Source: Lytechinus pictus
Lineage: Eukaryota
Assembly: GCF_037042905.1 (NCBI RefSeq)
Contig: NC_087245.1
Span: 3,722,001-3,786,000 of the forward strand
Direction: 5' to 3'
DNA length: 64,000 bases
The notes under the pieces were generated by a model, which saw nothing but the letters and a program-made list of their open reading frames with translations, was not told the DNA's origin and ran no database searches. This document shows positions 32,601 to 44,453 of the stretch, in pieces. Numbering within the stretch: position 1 is the first letter of the stretch; each line of letters begins with the position of its first letter. A program made the translations under genes and the position numbers.

Positions 32601-35600
32601 TTTTCACTTTTCTTATTCTTCGGTATCTTTCTTGCCGCTTGTGAGCCAACATATTGAATTGCGGAGTCGGATGCATACGTAGCAACGGTATCGACGGACG
32701 CTTTCTCACGATGATCATTCATGGGGAGCGAAGGTTGTTGACGCAGGAAGTCCGCGAGTGTTGTGGCTATGTATATACTTGGCACTAATGAACTGTAAAC
32801 AAAAACCCTCCTCTCTCTTGTATCTCTCTCTCTCTCTCTCTCTAAATATCATTGTATAAAACATAATGAAAGAGAGATATCATTCATTATATTTGACATT
32901 GAAATTGATATATCGACAGATCATGCGAAAATTGCATGGTGACATATAGATTTAATCCATTATTTGACAATTGTTTTTATTTTCTTCTAGATGGAATAAC
33001 CATGGTCTCAAAGGGAACAACTTTTACACAAGAGATAACATATTGGGACACGACACAGAATACAGCATTTGATGTTACATCTACATTGGATCCATCTACA
33101 ACAGAACCAGCAACGGCTACAACATCAGGGGGTGCAGCATCTACAATAAATGCAACTTCGGATGAAACAACCACAACCTTTTCAACATTCACAAGCTCGG
33201 AAGAAACTTCATTTACAACAGGCTCAAGTTCAGATACAACGTTTTTATCAGGATCGACGACAGACGGAACAATTTCTACAATTTTCCCAACATCTGAGAA
33301 AGTATCCCCAATAAAAACGGTTTCTGCTACCGTTTATGTTATTTCTGGGAAAACAAGTACAGAAGAGGCAATATCTGATGAAACAACTCAAGTAACAACT
33401 GAAAATAAAACTACAGATGGGACAACTTTAGAGGGTGGAAATTTTACGATAACGTCAGATATATCAAAAGGCGGGAGGGAAACCTCGGAGGTTACAATTG
33501 ATAAAACGTCTGAAATATCAACTTCTACAACAGAGACAACCTTAGAAGATACCACTTCAATAATAGTGGCGACGTCCTGGGACACACTTACTGATACCAC
33601 ACTAATTGAGGTAACATCTGATGATGCCACATCAATACACACATATACAAGTATGGATGCCTCAAATACAGAGAGAACAAATTCAACAGTAGACATGTTA
33701 GAAACGGAAACTGCATCTGCCACCACCATGACCACTTCGAGTCAGACATCATCCACACTGGACCCCCAGAACATAAGTTCCCTTGTACCAGCTTCAACAA
33801 TTGAGACTGTATCAGAGGAAGTGACACTGCCATTAGAAACAGTAACTGCAGAAACTGCAACACCACATTTGCATGTATCAACTGATACCACTTTATATTT
33901 GCCTTCATCGCCTACAACAAATACTCAACAAACAACACTAAAATCAACCTATGAAACTGTATCAGATATCGTGTCGGAGATGACTTCTTTGTCACAAAAA
34001 ACTGTCACTGGAGATCTGATAACATCCAGCTTACAGACATATACTGACAAATCTACATCATCGCTGTCGTCAACATCTGAAATCGCAAATACCCATCTTT
34101 CAAGATTCGGTACATCTGAAACTGTATCTGAGGAAGTGACATTGATATCGGATACGGTAACTGCCACGGAGATGGCAACATCTGACTCGCTGATATCAAC
34201 TGACGAATCAGCATCTTCTACTGTCACCAAGTCTACATCGTTTTTGCCATCAAAACCTACCACAAACATCTTACATACGACATTAAGCAGAACTCTGCCA
34301 ATGTCAACAGTGGAAACTATATCAGTTGATGTTACTTTGCCATTGGAAACTGTCTCCCAAGAACAGACAACATCCAACCTACAGACATTAAAAACAGACA
34401 GCGGTGGAATAGTCACCAACCCAGTGTCATCAGCACTTTCCACCACAGATAATCCACAAACAAGGGTGAATTCTGAGCCATCTTCCACAATGGAAAGTGT
34501 ATCAGAAATAGCGACATTCCCTTTTGAATCATTGACCCCTGTGACGTCTCTACAAGATATATTGAGTTCCGAAAGCACTTTAGCACCTTTTATTGAAACA
34601 ACATTCACCGAACTGTCCGGTATTTCCACGGATCCTACAACAGTAACACCGTTGACAACAAGAACGACGTTTACAAGTCTGACCACTTTCTCAGATATGT
34701 TTAGTGAACCCGTATCAGATGTTACCACAATTGTTGCAACACAAAAAACTGTCACAGGTGAAAGAACACCCAGCATCCCGACAATCGAATCCACGACTAA
34801 TTCAGCTTCACCTGAACTCACATTTCCAAAGACCACAAGTTCTGAGGAAATGCCAACAAGAATAACCACATCTTTCATAGCAGAATCCTCGACAGCTGCT
34901 CCAATCAGCGACCAAATTACATTAGCACCAAGTAAGATGTTTCATTCATTCAAGTATGAAATGGGTTGATAATGGTTCTTATTAGAAAAGAAATATATGC
35001 ATGACTTCAGTTATCGAATTAAAAATATCCCTATGCACGCATGCAGAAAGCGATAAAGAATGAATTAATTTCCTAATATCCTATGATTGTGTTCGCCTGG
35101 CAGCGGTTCAGACCACCGTTGATTTCACATTAGTGGTCTACGTCACATCCTTGTAGGGTAAATATAAATACAATACAAAGTTCAAGTTGATAATTTGTGA
35201 AATTGTTTGGTTATACAACTTTATGTGTGATTCACACGTATTGAAATCCCGGTGATATAATAAGGGCCTACAGTGATTTTTCCATCATACGTTAATAACC
35301 AAAGATATTTTTTTTTATATTTGTATTATTATGGTTGGTAAATCAAACTCAAATCACAATATTTATACGTATTTTGGAATGTGGAGAAGTATTTTGTTTA
35401 CTTGGGTCAGTAAAAGTAAAATAAGCGTCTCATGAATGACTTTTCATTACCTTTTGAAAAGTGAATATGGGAAGTTAATCTACATGTACCAATATCCTCT
35501 CCCATAGGAATTCCATTTCAGTTATGCCTTTCAGCTATATAGCTTTTCTTCTAGAGATGTTCGACTGGCTTTTAGTGTCAATAAGCATGATAAGGATTGG

Positions 35601-36567
35601 TGTCTGAAATTTTGTTTGCATGAATCGAGTGTTGCTATGTCGAACATTCTCTCAGCGGGTCTCAGACGGGGTCTCAGATCTTGGTTCAACTGCTCAGGTT
35701 GTACACGAACTGACTTATGACACATTGATGGGGTCGTTTACCATGATTACCCCCATAGCTATAGCTATACACCTTATACCTTAGGTACTTGTCTACTGGT
35801 TTAACGCATAAGGAATATATCATTATTGGAAAAGGCCAACATTAACTTTATAATATCATCAAGCTATTTCGATTTATTTAGAGTAGTGGAATGATGACGT
35901 CAAGAAAAACAGATTTTGCATTTCATCGTTTATAACTTGATGTTTTGGAGGAGCATGCTATGATTAATCATCCACAGCCCAAATTTGATAGGAATCGGTT
36001 CAAAGGGGCCGAAATATGCATACTGACCACATGAAAACCCCATTTTGAAGTTCATGTATTATTGACCAGTTTGGCCTGGTTTTAAATGTTTTTATTTACA
36101 TCAAAATAATATTTAAAAAAAAGATAAAATGCAAAATGATATGATTTTATGACGTCGCACTAAGGTAGGCCTACTCTTTAGTCATGAAAGTAGCAGAGTC
36201 CGTCTTGTGCTTTAATTAAGGCATACATTATACTTGCAAATTCCTGATAAAATTAAACAATTCCCTTCTTTCTCTGTTGTATTTTGGTATAGAAACTTCA
36301 TCTAAAGTCAAAGCCATATACATCATTGGAGCCGTATTAGGAGTATGTGGATTGATCTTCAGCATTCTTGTCGTTGTCTGCGTCATCTATCGCCGAAATC
36401 ATTCCTACCAATGGGACGTAATGGAACTTCAAAGTTACCCACCCTATCAGGTCAATGTAACGGGTTTCGATTATAACCCCGATGATCATGAGTTTGGCCT
36501 CAATCAACAAATATCTCCCTTTCCGCACGATGTCAACGGAATTAAGCCTATCGAAAGGCTAATATGA
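26622..36567 (+). CDS. Type I transmembrane mucin-like (Thr/Ser-rich) glycoprotein, about 761 aa, 3 exons
   Basis: Exon 1 26622-26691 (MEFLPCIFVCFAIALFLQGRAKG, signal-peptide-like, donor GTAGGA, phase 1). Exon 2 32991-34931 (acceptor ttttcttctag, T/S/E-rich with ETVSEEVTLP-like repeats, donor GTAAGA, phase 1). Exon 3 36293-36567 (TM helix IYIIGAVLGVCGLIFSILVVVCVIY, RR stop-transfer, cytoplasmic tail, TGA). The total of 2286 nt is in frame. Confidence 0.8.
26907..27410. mobile_element. Second copy of the Kolobok-like family, internally deleted
   Basis: TTAA-AGGTCAAGTCTACCCC ... TTGTCCT-TTAA; colinear with 12908-13496. Confidence 0.75.
27745..28057. mobile_element. Harbinger-like MITE (intact copy)
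   Basis: TIR GGCCCGTATTCTAAAGTCAGGTTTAA/TTAAACCTGACTTAAGAATACGGGCC; TSD TAT. Confidence 0.8.
28529..32760 (-). mobile_element. 5'-truncated non-LTR retrotransposon (L1/Tx1 group LINE) in mucin gene intron 1
   Basis: Perfect 14-bp TSD TTGTGGCTATGTAT (28515-28528 and 32761-32774); poly(A) tail at 28529-28537; 3' remnant of a basic ORF1 (32441-32760); complete ORF2. Confidence 0.95.
28627..32379 (-). CDS. LINE ORF2: APE endonuclease, reverse transcriptase and C-terminal CCHC-type domain, about 1250 aa
   Basis: SLNVRG, LQET, GDWN, SRLDYW and DHNA (endonuclease); KAPGSDG, WRPISLLN, DFQKAFD, GVRQGCPLS and QYADD (RT); CNLC..HMLIKC. First ATG at 32379 (the ORF track starts at GTG 32391). Confidence 0.95.
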   Translation of the reverse strand: MHFVSLNVRGIRNKQKRNKIWLWFRQQKSDVIFLQETFLSKDLEKTIYAEWNGPCYFNHGTHHSCGVAILVRKNVNINIVNVHHKHDGRIIAVRFIIDENKYLCLNVYAPTKKNEKNKFYKMLHVWLKDVKDEDDIIIAGGDWNIVQNKKVDTCGMSYTHSKNEVFNFFQQNNNLSDIWRQFHPSKKQFTWRQMSLGIFSRLDYWLIAKHLTCKVHSTDIRPALKCDHNAISLKLKMCKQNRGKGYWKINNSLLNDEKYIAEIKCVIQKVKAEYSYLNDQLRWEMCKIKIKELSIKYSKDKQIRNKMYYSKLEKEYTEICEKIDVSANVRDIEEMEKIKYELDAWYKYKCKGAFVRSRDKWLEHGEKCTKYFLQLEKRRSVKKEINCVEIKGKIVHDGKKVLEHILDYYENLYKGDCNQDQEFDEYFTGLKLNTLSEEQANLCEGLLTERECFYILMSMNTNKAPGSDGLSAEFYRCFWNDLKDMLISSLNTGYEEKKMSSSQSQAVLTLLYKKGNKALLENWRPISLLNIDYKIAAGALAKRMKQIIPHVISDDQSGFRKHRSALENVRLVQDVIDYCKMNNQSGVIMYIDFQKAFDNVRHDFLFTTLRKMQFKESFIHWIQTFYTNANGNVLNNGWLSQKFYFNRGVRQGCPLSALLFLVISEILAQKIKQNPLITGIAVPTKEISLAQYADDTIVFADGTNSVQNIMTEINRFGNIAGPKVNWSKSKIMKLDENIELNDLECTVDPVKCLGIYVGKNHVDVEKRNWEGRLGKVENILNLWKMRNLTYFGKISVIKILIASQFVYVASAVPVPDYISKALNKKLYTFLWNSKKNKVKRNVCLNKEIDGGLNMIDMKAKFSSLRLAWIYKYMDEIKGAWKTLFTYWTNKIGGFPLCLHYNCNSVDIVNLGKRYNLPSFYIDFLYVWANLRYQNFLKITDIPKQVLWNNSNIKIQNETLNFNKWRKSGVLMVNHVIKEGKWKNLNTVFDDFENRKLLYNFELQKLKKAFPNTWLENRSNAQQKEITIIPNLIEISNGDLIDVNILKARHYYHYYLEHNKTEASFFMFWQNYLGLQIEINWDKVLYFKLRQIKDNKVREFNFKLLHKILPSQSNLFKWSLKNDDKCNLCLLKGTIMHMLIKCENIKPLWKMVEDTILFVSKVQVYVNENIVILGWNIQEPKYWLINIILNFTQYTIYINYIETSMKKGYYFVNVNRLWMNLKMKLRWYLSSKYVTKNKNTKEVDKLLELIY

Positions 36568-37060
36568 TTTTCAAATTTTAAAACTTTAAACCTGTTAAAA
36601 GTAACCATTGATATTGCCAACATGATTCCATGTCCTCCTTATAAGATACAAATAACAAACTTCGCGGGATGTGTTTTCCTTCAAATTTGTTTATAATTAT
36701 GAACACATCACATATATTTGTTGAAGAAGATTATTTGCATCTCATCAATTTATGTAAAGTTTCTAAAGTTTGAAGGAAAGATCCTCATCTACAATGTTTA
36801 CCTCATCAGCAGCTGCGCCGATACATGTTTTTGAAGGGAGCAAAATTTTAATACAGAATTACAGAAATTGTTCAAGTTGTCAAAATTACTTGGGAGCAAA
36901 TCAATATGTCCCCAATATCTTTATTTGAAGGGCGATCGCCTCATGCCCCCACCCCCGTGCAGGATCGATGCATCTGATTATCATTCTTTTTCATTTTGTT
37001 TTAAGTAAAAACAGCACTTTGCAGCATTGATCGAAAAAAATATATGAATATCACTCTTTT

Positions 37061-37141
37061 TTCTTCTTTTTCTTCTTCTTCTTCTTCTTCTTATTGTTAT
37101 TATTATTATTGTTATTGTTATTATTATTATTATTATTATTA

Positions 37142-37179
<38 letters not shown>
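37061..37179. repeat. (TTC)n/(TTA)n microsatellite
   Basis: Direct reading. Confidence 0.95.
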
Positions 37180-37180
<1 letters not shown>

Positions 37181-38878
37181 CTCTAAACAGGATCAAGTCC
37201 GTATTTTTTTCTTGAATAACTTTGCTCTAACAAAAAGCACCAAGTAATTTCAAGTGCAACTAGGAACTTTACACTACTAATGTCCGAGAGTCTTTCTTAT
37301 CAATCTGGTTGTACCCAAGATAGCTGCCTTCTGAATGTCGTACATCCGAAGGTGAGGAGAGATCTTGGTTATGCAGGCTTCCATTCCCTTCTTCACCATT
37401 CCTGAGTGACCAATGATGACTGGTGTGACCTCTGCTTTCACGTTCCACATCCTCTCGATCTCAATCCTTAGGTCTTGATACTTGAGCCGTTTGTCTCTTT
37501 CCTTTACAGCAATGTTGATATCATGGGGAACAGAGACATCAATGATATTTACTACGTTGTTGTCTCTGACGATGATGTCCGGCTTGTTGCAGTTGATGGT
37601 TCTATCCGTTAGTATGCCACAGTTCCAATATATGGTGCTGTTATTGATCTTGGTGATCGTTTGTGGCTGATGTTCCCAAGCGTGATCACAAGTCATTTTA
37701 CCGCGATCCTTCAGTAGTTGCCAATGGATAACTTTGGCAATATTGTCATGTCTTGTGATGTACTCAGTTCCAGCAAGAGTCGAACATGCTGATACCAAAT
37801 GCATGATTGTTTCGGCCTCTTTTCCACACATCCTGCAAGTGTCGTCTGTGTCTCTTCTGAGGATAGATTTTTCGTAGGCACGGGTCCTCACCACCTGGTC
37901 CTGAATAGCATAGACGAACCCTTCAGTTTCACCTCTTAGTCCCGCCGACTTAAGCCATTGATGTGTGTCTTTCTGGTCTACGAACTCCCGATGCGTCTGT
38001 TTTTCATGGTGGCCATGAAGTCGCTTGGATTTAAGTTGCTCTTGAAGTTTCTTGTGAAAGGAGCATTTAAGTCTTGCCTTCTCTTTTTCACCGTAGGGTA
38101 GTGTCAGTCGATGTTGTGCCAATAAGATAGATGCTTGCTTGTTAATGGAGTATATTGCTTGACATTTATCATAATCGAGGGATATACTCGTCAGTATATC
38201 AGGTGGATTGGATAGGTAGTTGGCGAGGTTCGTTGCTTCCATATTCCAGACCATCCCAATTTGTTGTAGACCTCTTCCTCCAAGATCACGGGGAAGGTAC
38301 AACCTTTCGATTGCGGCCTTTGGGTGATGTAATCTGTGCATCGTTAATTGCTTTCTGGTCATAACATCTAGGCCACATATATCAGCTAGTCTCCAGTTAA
38401 CAATACCAAAACTGTATCTAAGCACAGGAATGGCTAGTGTGTTGATCGCTTCAATCTTATTTTTGGCATTCAGTTCGGATTTGAGGATCAGCCTGAGTCT
38501 TCTTTTGTATTCTGATGTTGCCTTCTCCTTCATTGTGTTATGGCTAATGACATCGTTCTCAGCTATGCCTAGATATTTATATGTCGAATCATTAGTCAGT
38601 TCCTTGATTGATGTTTCCTCATCTTGCACAAACATGTCGCCTGTATTTACCCTCCTTCCTCGTACAAGTGTAACTTTGGCACACTTGTCTATACCAAACG
38701 ACATCTTGATGTCATCGCTGAAATGTTTAACTACTGCTATCATCTTGTGAAGTTCATCGTCATTTTTTGCAAAGAGTTTGATATCATCCATATATATCAG
38801 ATGGTTTATTGTCGTAGATACATCTTGCCCTTTGTATCTGTAGCCATAACTCGTAGCGTGTAAGAGAGAGCATACTGG
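37180..38878 (-). mobile_element. 5'-truncated R4/Dong-type non-LTR retrotransposon (RT, CCHC and restriction-like endonuclease) inserted in (TAA)n
   Basis: Open frame from 38878 to the stop at 37277: HLIYMDD, YKYLG, CRMC..H..C zinc knuckle, RHD, KPDI, DVSVP, KYQDL. (TAA)n lies at both junctions, as known for Dong/R4-clade elements. Confidence 0.9.
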
Positions 38879-39025
38879 ATTATTATTATTATTAATATTA
38901 TTAATATTAATATTATTATCATTATTATTATTATCATTATCATTATTATTATATAGTAGTGGTAGTAGTAGTAGTAGTAGTAGTAGTTATAGTATTAGGA
39001 GTAGTAGTAGTATTAGTAGTAGTAT
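38879..39025. repeat. (TTA)n/(TAG)n microsatellite
   Basis: Direct reading. Confidence 0.95.
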
Positions 39026-39730
39026 TGTTTGTTCATACATAACTTTCATACATAACTTTAAAAAAAAATCAAGAGAAAGGAATAATTTTATTAGAGTAAA
39101 GTTTATTTTTCTATCTAAAAATAGCTGCGTGTCTTGTTACGAGAATATAGCCTTCTTGTGCAGCTTTTATATTTAGTGAAAGACGGTGTTGATAAAATGA
39201 TATAGAATGGGGTAATCAGAAAAAAGGAGTTTGTGGCACCAAATTCCTACGAAAAATAAATTGTAGTTGCTTGTGCATGAGAGAGCAGATTTGAATAAGA
39301 AAATTTGTTATTGTTTTATGGCAAAAATTAGCATTGTAAAGCAAAAATACTAAACTTATATAACATGATATACAAACTCAAGCGAGCCATTTCAAAGACT
39401 CATAGTGTCGGGAGCAGTGAAAGGATGTGAAAACATTCAAAATTTGAAGAGTGAAAATGCTGTTTTGGAGCACTCTGACTACAGCTTGAGTAGGATGCTT
39501 TGACAGCATTTACTATACATTTTTTTTTCAGTTTTCAAAATTTCGGGGGGGGGGTGGACTACTGAGGGAGAAACGCTCCTGACTGAGGGGGCAATGCCCC
39601 CACCCCTGCTGCCACCACTGCCAGTGGTAGATCATTAATAGAGGATAGTTTGGCCCTTATGATTTATGTCAAGCCTTATGTTGTGTTTCCAGATTAAAAG
39701 ATTAAAAAGGCGAAAAGAATCGCGGACGTA

Positions 39731-39948
39731 CACAGTAAAAACGCTGTTTAAGATTTTATACAACGCTGTTTACTATATGAACCTTACAGTATTTGTTTAA
39801 CCGATTAAACAATCATGTTTAATTTATTGACAATTAGATATTGAAAATTAAACTATGTTGCTTAAGATTAAAACAGTTGTTTAAACTGTTTAAGCAATTA
39901 CTGTAAGGTTCATATAGTAGACAGCGTTGTATAAATTTTGTTACTGTG
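39731..39948. mobile_element. Palindromic MITE with CACAGTAA termini (CACTA-like)
   Basis: Long inverted arms ATACAACGCTGTTTACTATATGAACCTTACAGTA and TACTGTAAGGTTCATATAGTAGACAGCGTTGTAT. Confidence 0.7.
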
Positions 39949-41802
39949 TGCTGATAAAAATTAGATTTTTAGCATGTTGGACGATTTGGACAATGGACCA
40001 GATGGCTTTAGACCCTAAACGGAATCAATGATATCAATGGCTACCTCCTCCCACCGTCATTAATTTTTGGTTATCTAGTCATTACAAATTTGAAATTTGA
40101 TAACATCATAAACAAAAAAGTGAATTTCCGTTCCATCTATACGAGCAGAAATACGTCATACCGTTGCACTTGTGTAAAAAAAACAAAATAATAATAAAGT
40201 AAGGAGCACGCATATTTGCCGAATGTTCTGACAGCTTATGTCAGGAATCTTATTCCCAACGTAATTTTAATACATTCACATTTATATATATACAGAGGTC
40301 GGTTACTATTCCAAAATGTTCTTAAAATGTCAAATTTTCCGGTCTAGATACCAAAAATGTTCAGCTCGCGCTGCCTTTTAGTTTTACCTGCCTAAAACTG
40401 TATATTGCGGACATTATATTGCTCTGTTATCTTGCCATATTTTCATTATTGTAAGTTGGTCTGATGTTCTTTCGCATACCAAAGCCATCTTAAACTGTTA
40501 AAAAGTATTGTTTCCTTCAAAATTACGGTACTTATCTTTTCTGCAGACGACAACATAGCATTAGCCTACACCAAAATTAAAAAAAAAATTATTCCCTAAA
40601 ATTGCTAAAATTAGACGATATCAATGACCTTTAGCAGTGTAATTTTCTGTACAGGTGTTTAAATTCTCAAATTCCACAAAAATTCCATAATACTTTTACA
40701 CGTGACACATACATTATTTTGATACCCGCTAAAATCCCGGCTCAAACAATCAAATATTTATTCCTAAACATAGAAAAATTATTTTCCAACACAATTATAC
40801 TGGCCCGAAAAAATTGAAAACTATCTCGGACTACAAAAAAAATCTTTGTCAACAACTAGCTTCAAGTATAAAATGAACAAAAAAATGTTTTTGTCATTTT
40901 AATGTATGAATATCTTCATCTTTCCTTTTGACTTTTATTTAACATGATATTATAAACTTGCTGTTGCAGCAATTTTTTTTCATACCTCGTACAATTGGTG
41001 TACGCTCTCTTTTTTACTATATAGTTCATGCCCGTCTCCCCGCTCACGTCTCGATCTCTTTCTCGTTCCATTCCCCTCTCATCTTCTCTCTACCCTTTCT
41101 ATAGCCCTTCTTCTTTTCTTTGTATTGTTCACTGTGTATACTGGCATATCCCGCCACAAACCTTTTCTTTATGCCTTCTGCTGTTAACATAGCATGTACA
41201 TATTTATATTCATCACGGCAAACTGATTTTTGCATGAATTTATGTTTACAAAAATGTAGAAATTTGTCAATGGAAGAAAATAAATGTTTATTTGAATTTA
41301 ATTGATTATTGATTTTTTTGTGTGTTTTAGTTCAGCATGTAAAACAAATTCAGCCCGTGCTTAACCCTTGCATCACTTTTAGTCCAACTCCAAATGTTTT
41401 GTTAAAATAAAAGTTTGATTTGAATGAAAAGAGAAAAATCAAACAAACGCAACGCTGAAAATTTCATCAGGATGACATCTTAAAATTTGCTTAATTTCGT
41501 TAAACAATTTTTCCTGACCGGTATGCAAATGAACATATCGATGAAGTCACCCATTCACAATTTCTATTGTGTTTTTTAGAAGAAATACTTTATTTTTCTC
41601 ATAAAAGTTTGATTCCTCCCGGATGCCATTTGTTGTAATTTAATTCAATGGATTGTCGCGCCTTATTTTCAAATGTGCAAAAATGTATAGGAATATTGTA
41701 TAACTTATCAATAAGATATGAAAATAGTGAATAAGTCATCATCTCTTATTTTTAAATCACATGTTGTGCATAGTAACTGTTTTGTAATATGTATGTATAC
41801 AG

Positions 41803-41803
<1 letters not shown>

Positions 41804-41874
<71 letters not shown>

Positions 41875-41891
41875 ATACATGTATATATATA
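41804..41891. repeat. (TA)n microsatellite
   Basis: Direct reading. Confidence 0.95.
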
Positions 41892-42201
41892 AAATCTTAA
41901 AATGTCATATCTTTCTTATTTTACACCCGATCCTACGAAAATTGTCAGTGTTGAATTTGTTTGATTTTTCTCTTTTTATTCCAATCAAACTTTTATTGCC
42001 AAAAGCTTTTATTTGTTTAGGACTTAAAAAAAATATAACAGCATAATCAACAAACACAGTGTAATAACACAAACTGAAAATGATCAGAAGCCCCTTTCAT
42101 AGATTGTTTATATATACCGTGGTAATATCAAATGATATGATAAATAACACTGAATACAAAAATATGCGACTCAGAGGTAGATGCTAGTTGCTAGACCAGA
42201 T

Positions 42202-44365
42202 CCCGGGGGGGGGGGGGGACTTCCATTGACGAGTGGATACCATGCGCGACTATGGGGTCCTGAAAAGCACCCTAAATAAGTATTTTCCATATTCTGATAA
42301 TGCACCCATTAACAAGTATTGGCGTGTGAAACCCTACCCTTAACAGGTATTGGAAACAAATGGCAAGTATTCCCTGAATTGAACCACTAAACAAGTACAG
42401 CGATATTTTAATTGTTAGAAATATGTCACGGACGTCGGTTTACCTACATCATTGGGTTTAGTACGGCCCCACCTCGCTCAAATCGGACTCTTAACACGTA
42501 GTCATGTAGTGATGACTGTTGGGGCAAAAAGTACATCCTTCATATAACATTTTAGTCTTTTTACCCTCGCAAAGCTTTCCTAGCGAAATAGATACCCTTT
42601 TTCATTATTTTAGTGTTTTGACGTACGTAACGTGCCCTATGTTGAAAAAGACATCCTTTTTACTAGTTTTTTTTTTTTTGGTCGCGCATGGTATCCACTC
42701 GTCAATGTAAGCAGGGGCGTAACAGGGTTCGGTGGCCAGGTGGGGGGGGGGGGGGGGCAACAGCCAAAAATTTCCCGGTCATATCATGGTATGAACAGGC
42801 GTAATGGTGTTTTGAGGCGACAATTTTGAGAGGGCCAGATATTGCGTATCGGGCAGGATTTTTGTTTTGTTTTTTTAAAGTTGCGAGCGAGCGAGCAAAA
42901 ATTTTGAATTTTTTCTTACAAAAATCCAATTTTGACATGATATCCAGAGAAAAATATATTTCACCCTTCTCTCTTTCCATTCCCTTTTCTTTTTTGGTCT
43001 GTACGCCACTGTAAACAGGATTCTTTTCGGCAGTAGCGTGAAGAGTAAAAAAAGAAACGAGGGGCGTAGTATGGCGCATGTGCTAAAAAGGTGCTTAATA
43101 TAAGTCCCGAGCGAGCGAAGCGATCGAGAAAAAAATCACCTTTTCATGAGAATCTAACTTTGAGATATTTTTTGACATTATATTCAGTAAATAAAATCAT
43201 ATCCTACACTTTTCCTTTGCTTTTCTTTCCTCCTTTTTTTGTTCTTGGTTGTAGAACTTTTGGGGACCATGGCCCAACCATTCCATAATCATATACGGCA
43301 GTGCTTTGCTGTTGGGGACCTTGGCGGAGCCCCCGGAACTTCTTGATATCAAAGCCATTTTAAACCTCGCAGATTGCCGCTATTTTTAATAAAATCGCGG
43401 GTATATACATAATATACTCATTTACATAACACATTTACTCATCCCAGTTGCGTAATGAGCCAAATATTTTGAGGGGGCACGATATATATAGCAAAGCGGG
43501 AAAATTTGTAAATAGTCGCCAGCGAGCAAAGCGAAGCTGGAAAAAGATGCCTATTGAAATTAGATAACTAATTATGAGACAGATTTTTCCATTATATTCA
43601 GCAAATAACACATTTCATTTTTTCCATTCATTCCATTACGTTGTCTCCTATAATTTCTTTTATTTCCTCTTGGGTGTGGAATCAAGACCCCCCCCCCCGC
43701 CTGTACGCCAGTGATGGAACGTAAAGCTTAATGTAGGAAGGGTCCCTGCATGGCGTTATAGAGCCATTTGAAGGTTATAGATGAAGAGCCCCTACTTACT
43801 GCGTGGGGTCTGGGGCAGAGCCCGGTAGCTCATTATTTTCATGAAAATTATCAAGCCTATAGCAAAATGTTGTATGCAGTCCATCTTTCTTCCCACTCTT
43901 TATTTTCAATCCTCGCTAGCCCGGTCGTGTTATTAAGTTTTTTTTTTTTTTTCCCCTATTCTTCGTTTTCCAATTTAGCTTTTGGCTAATTCCATTCTAC
44001 CTTCATTTCCCGCTTTTGTTTGCCATTTTGTCATCTTTTGATTTATTTCCCTTTCTTACTAATCATGCTGTGGCATTACATAGGCCCATTTCGGAATGAT
44101 TTGTTCTTTCTCAAATGTTCTTCTTTCGTTTCTTTTCCCGCTTTCCTTTCTTTTCCATTTTTTCTTCGTTTTCTTTTGATCCCTTTCCTTTTCCTCCTTT
44201 CCTTTTCCCCTTTCCTTCTTTCCCTTTCGCTTTCTTTTCCATCCCTTTTCTCTTTTTCTCGTTTTTTTTTATTTTCCCGGTGAAATCCGCCAGGGGGGGC
44301 AGCTTGCCCCCCTGCCCCCCGCCTGTTACGCCACTGAATGTAAGTGCTCCCCCCCCCCCCCAGGG
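42202..44365. mobile_element. TIR element with CCCGGG(G)n ends and 8-9-bp TSD, interrupted by a hAT-like element
   Basis: TIR core CATTGACGAGTGGATACCATGCGCGAC/GTCGCGCATGGTATCCACTCGTCAATG; TSD GACCAGAT at 42194 and 44367. Confidence 0.75.
42712..44336. mobile_element. hAT-type non-autonomous element
   Basis: TIR CAGGGGCGTAACAGG/CCTGTTACGCCACTG; perfect 8-bp TSD AATGTAAG (42704-42711 and 44337-44344). Confidence 0.85.
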
Positions 44366-44453
44366 GGACCAGATATGCGTCTGACTACTAGTAACTGAAA
44401 TGCGAGAGCAATGATCTGTATTTTTCTAACGAATTAAATATCACGGTCAGTCC

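Noticed and set aside
32936..32990. ATG at 32936 as the start of the mucin protein
   Set aside because: This segment is a polypyrimidine tract and acceptor. A proper signal-peptide exon in matching phase exists at 26622-26691.
32977..34878. Minus-strand Val-rich ORFs (71-309 aa)
   Set aside because: These are antisense shadows of the Thr/Ser-rich mucin exon.
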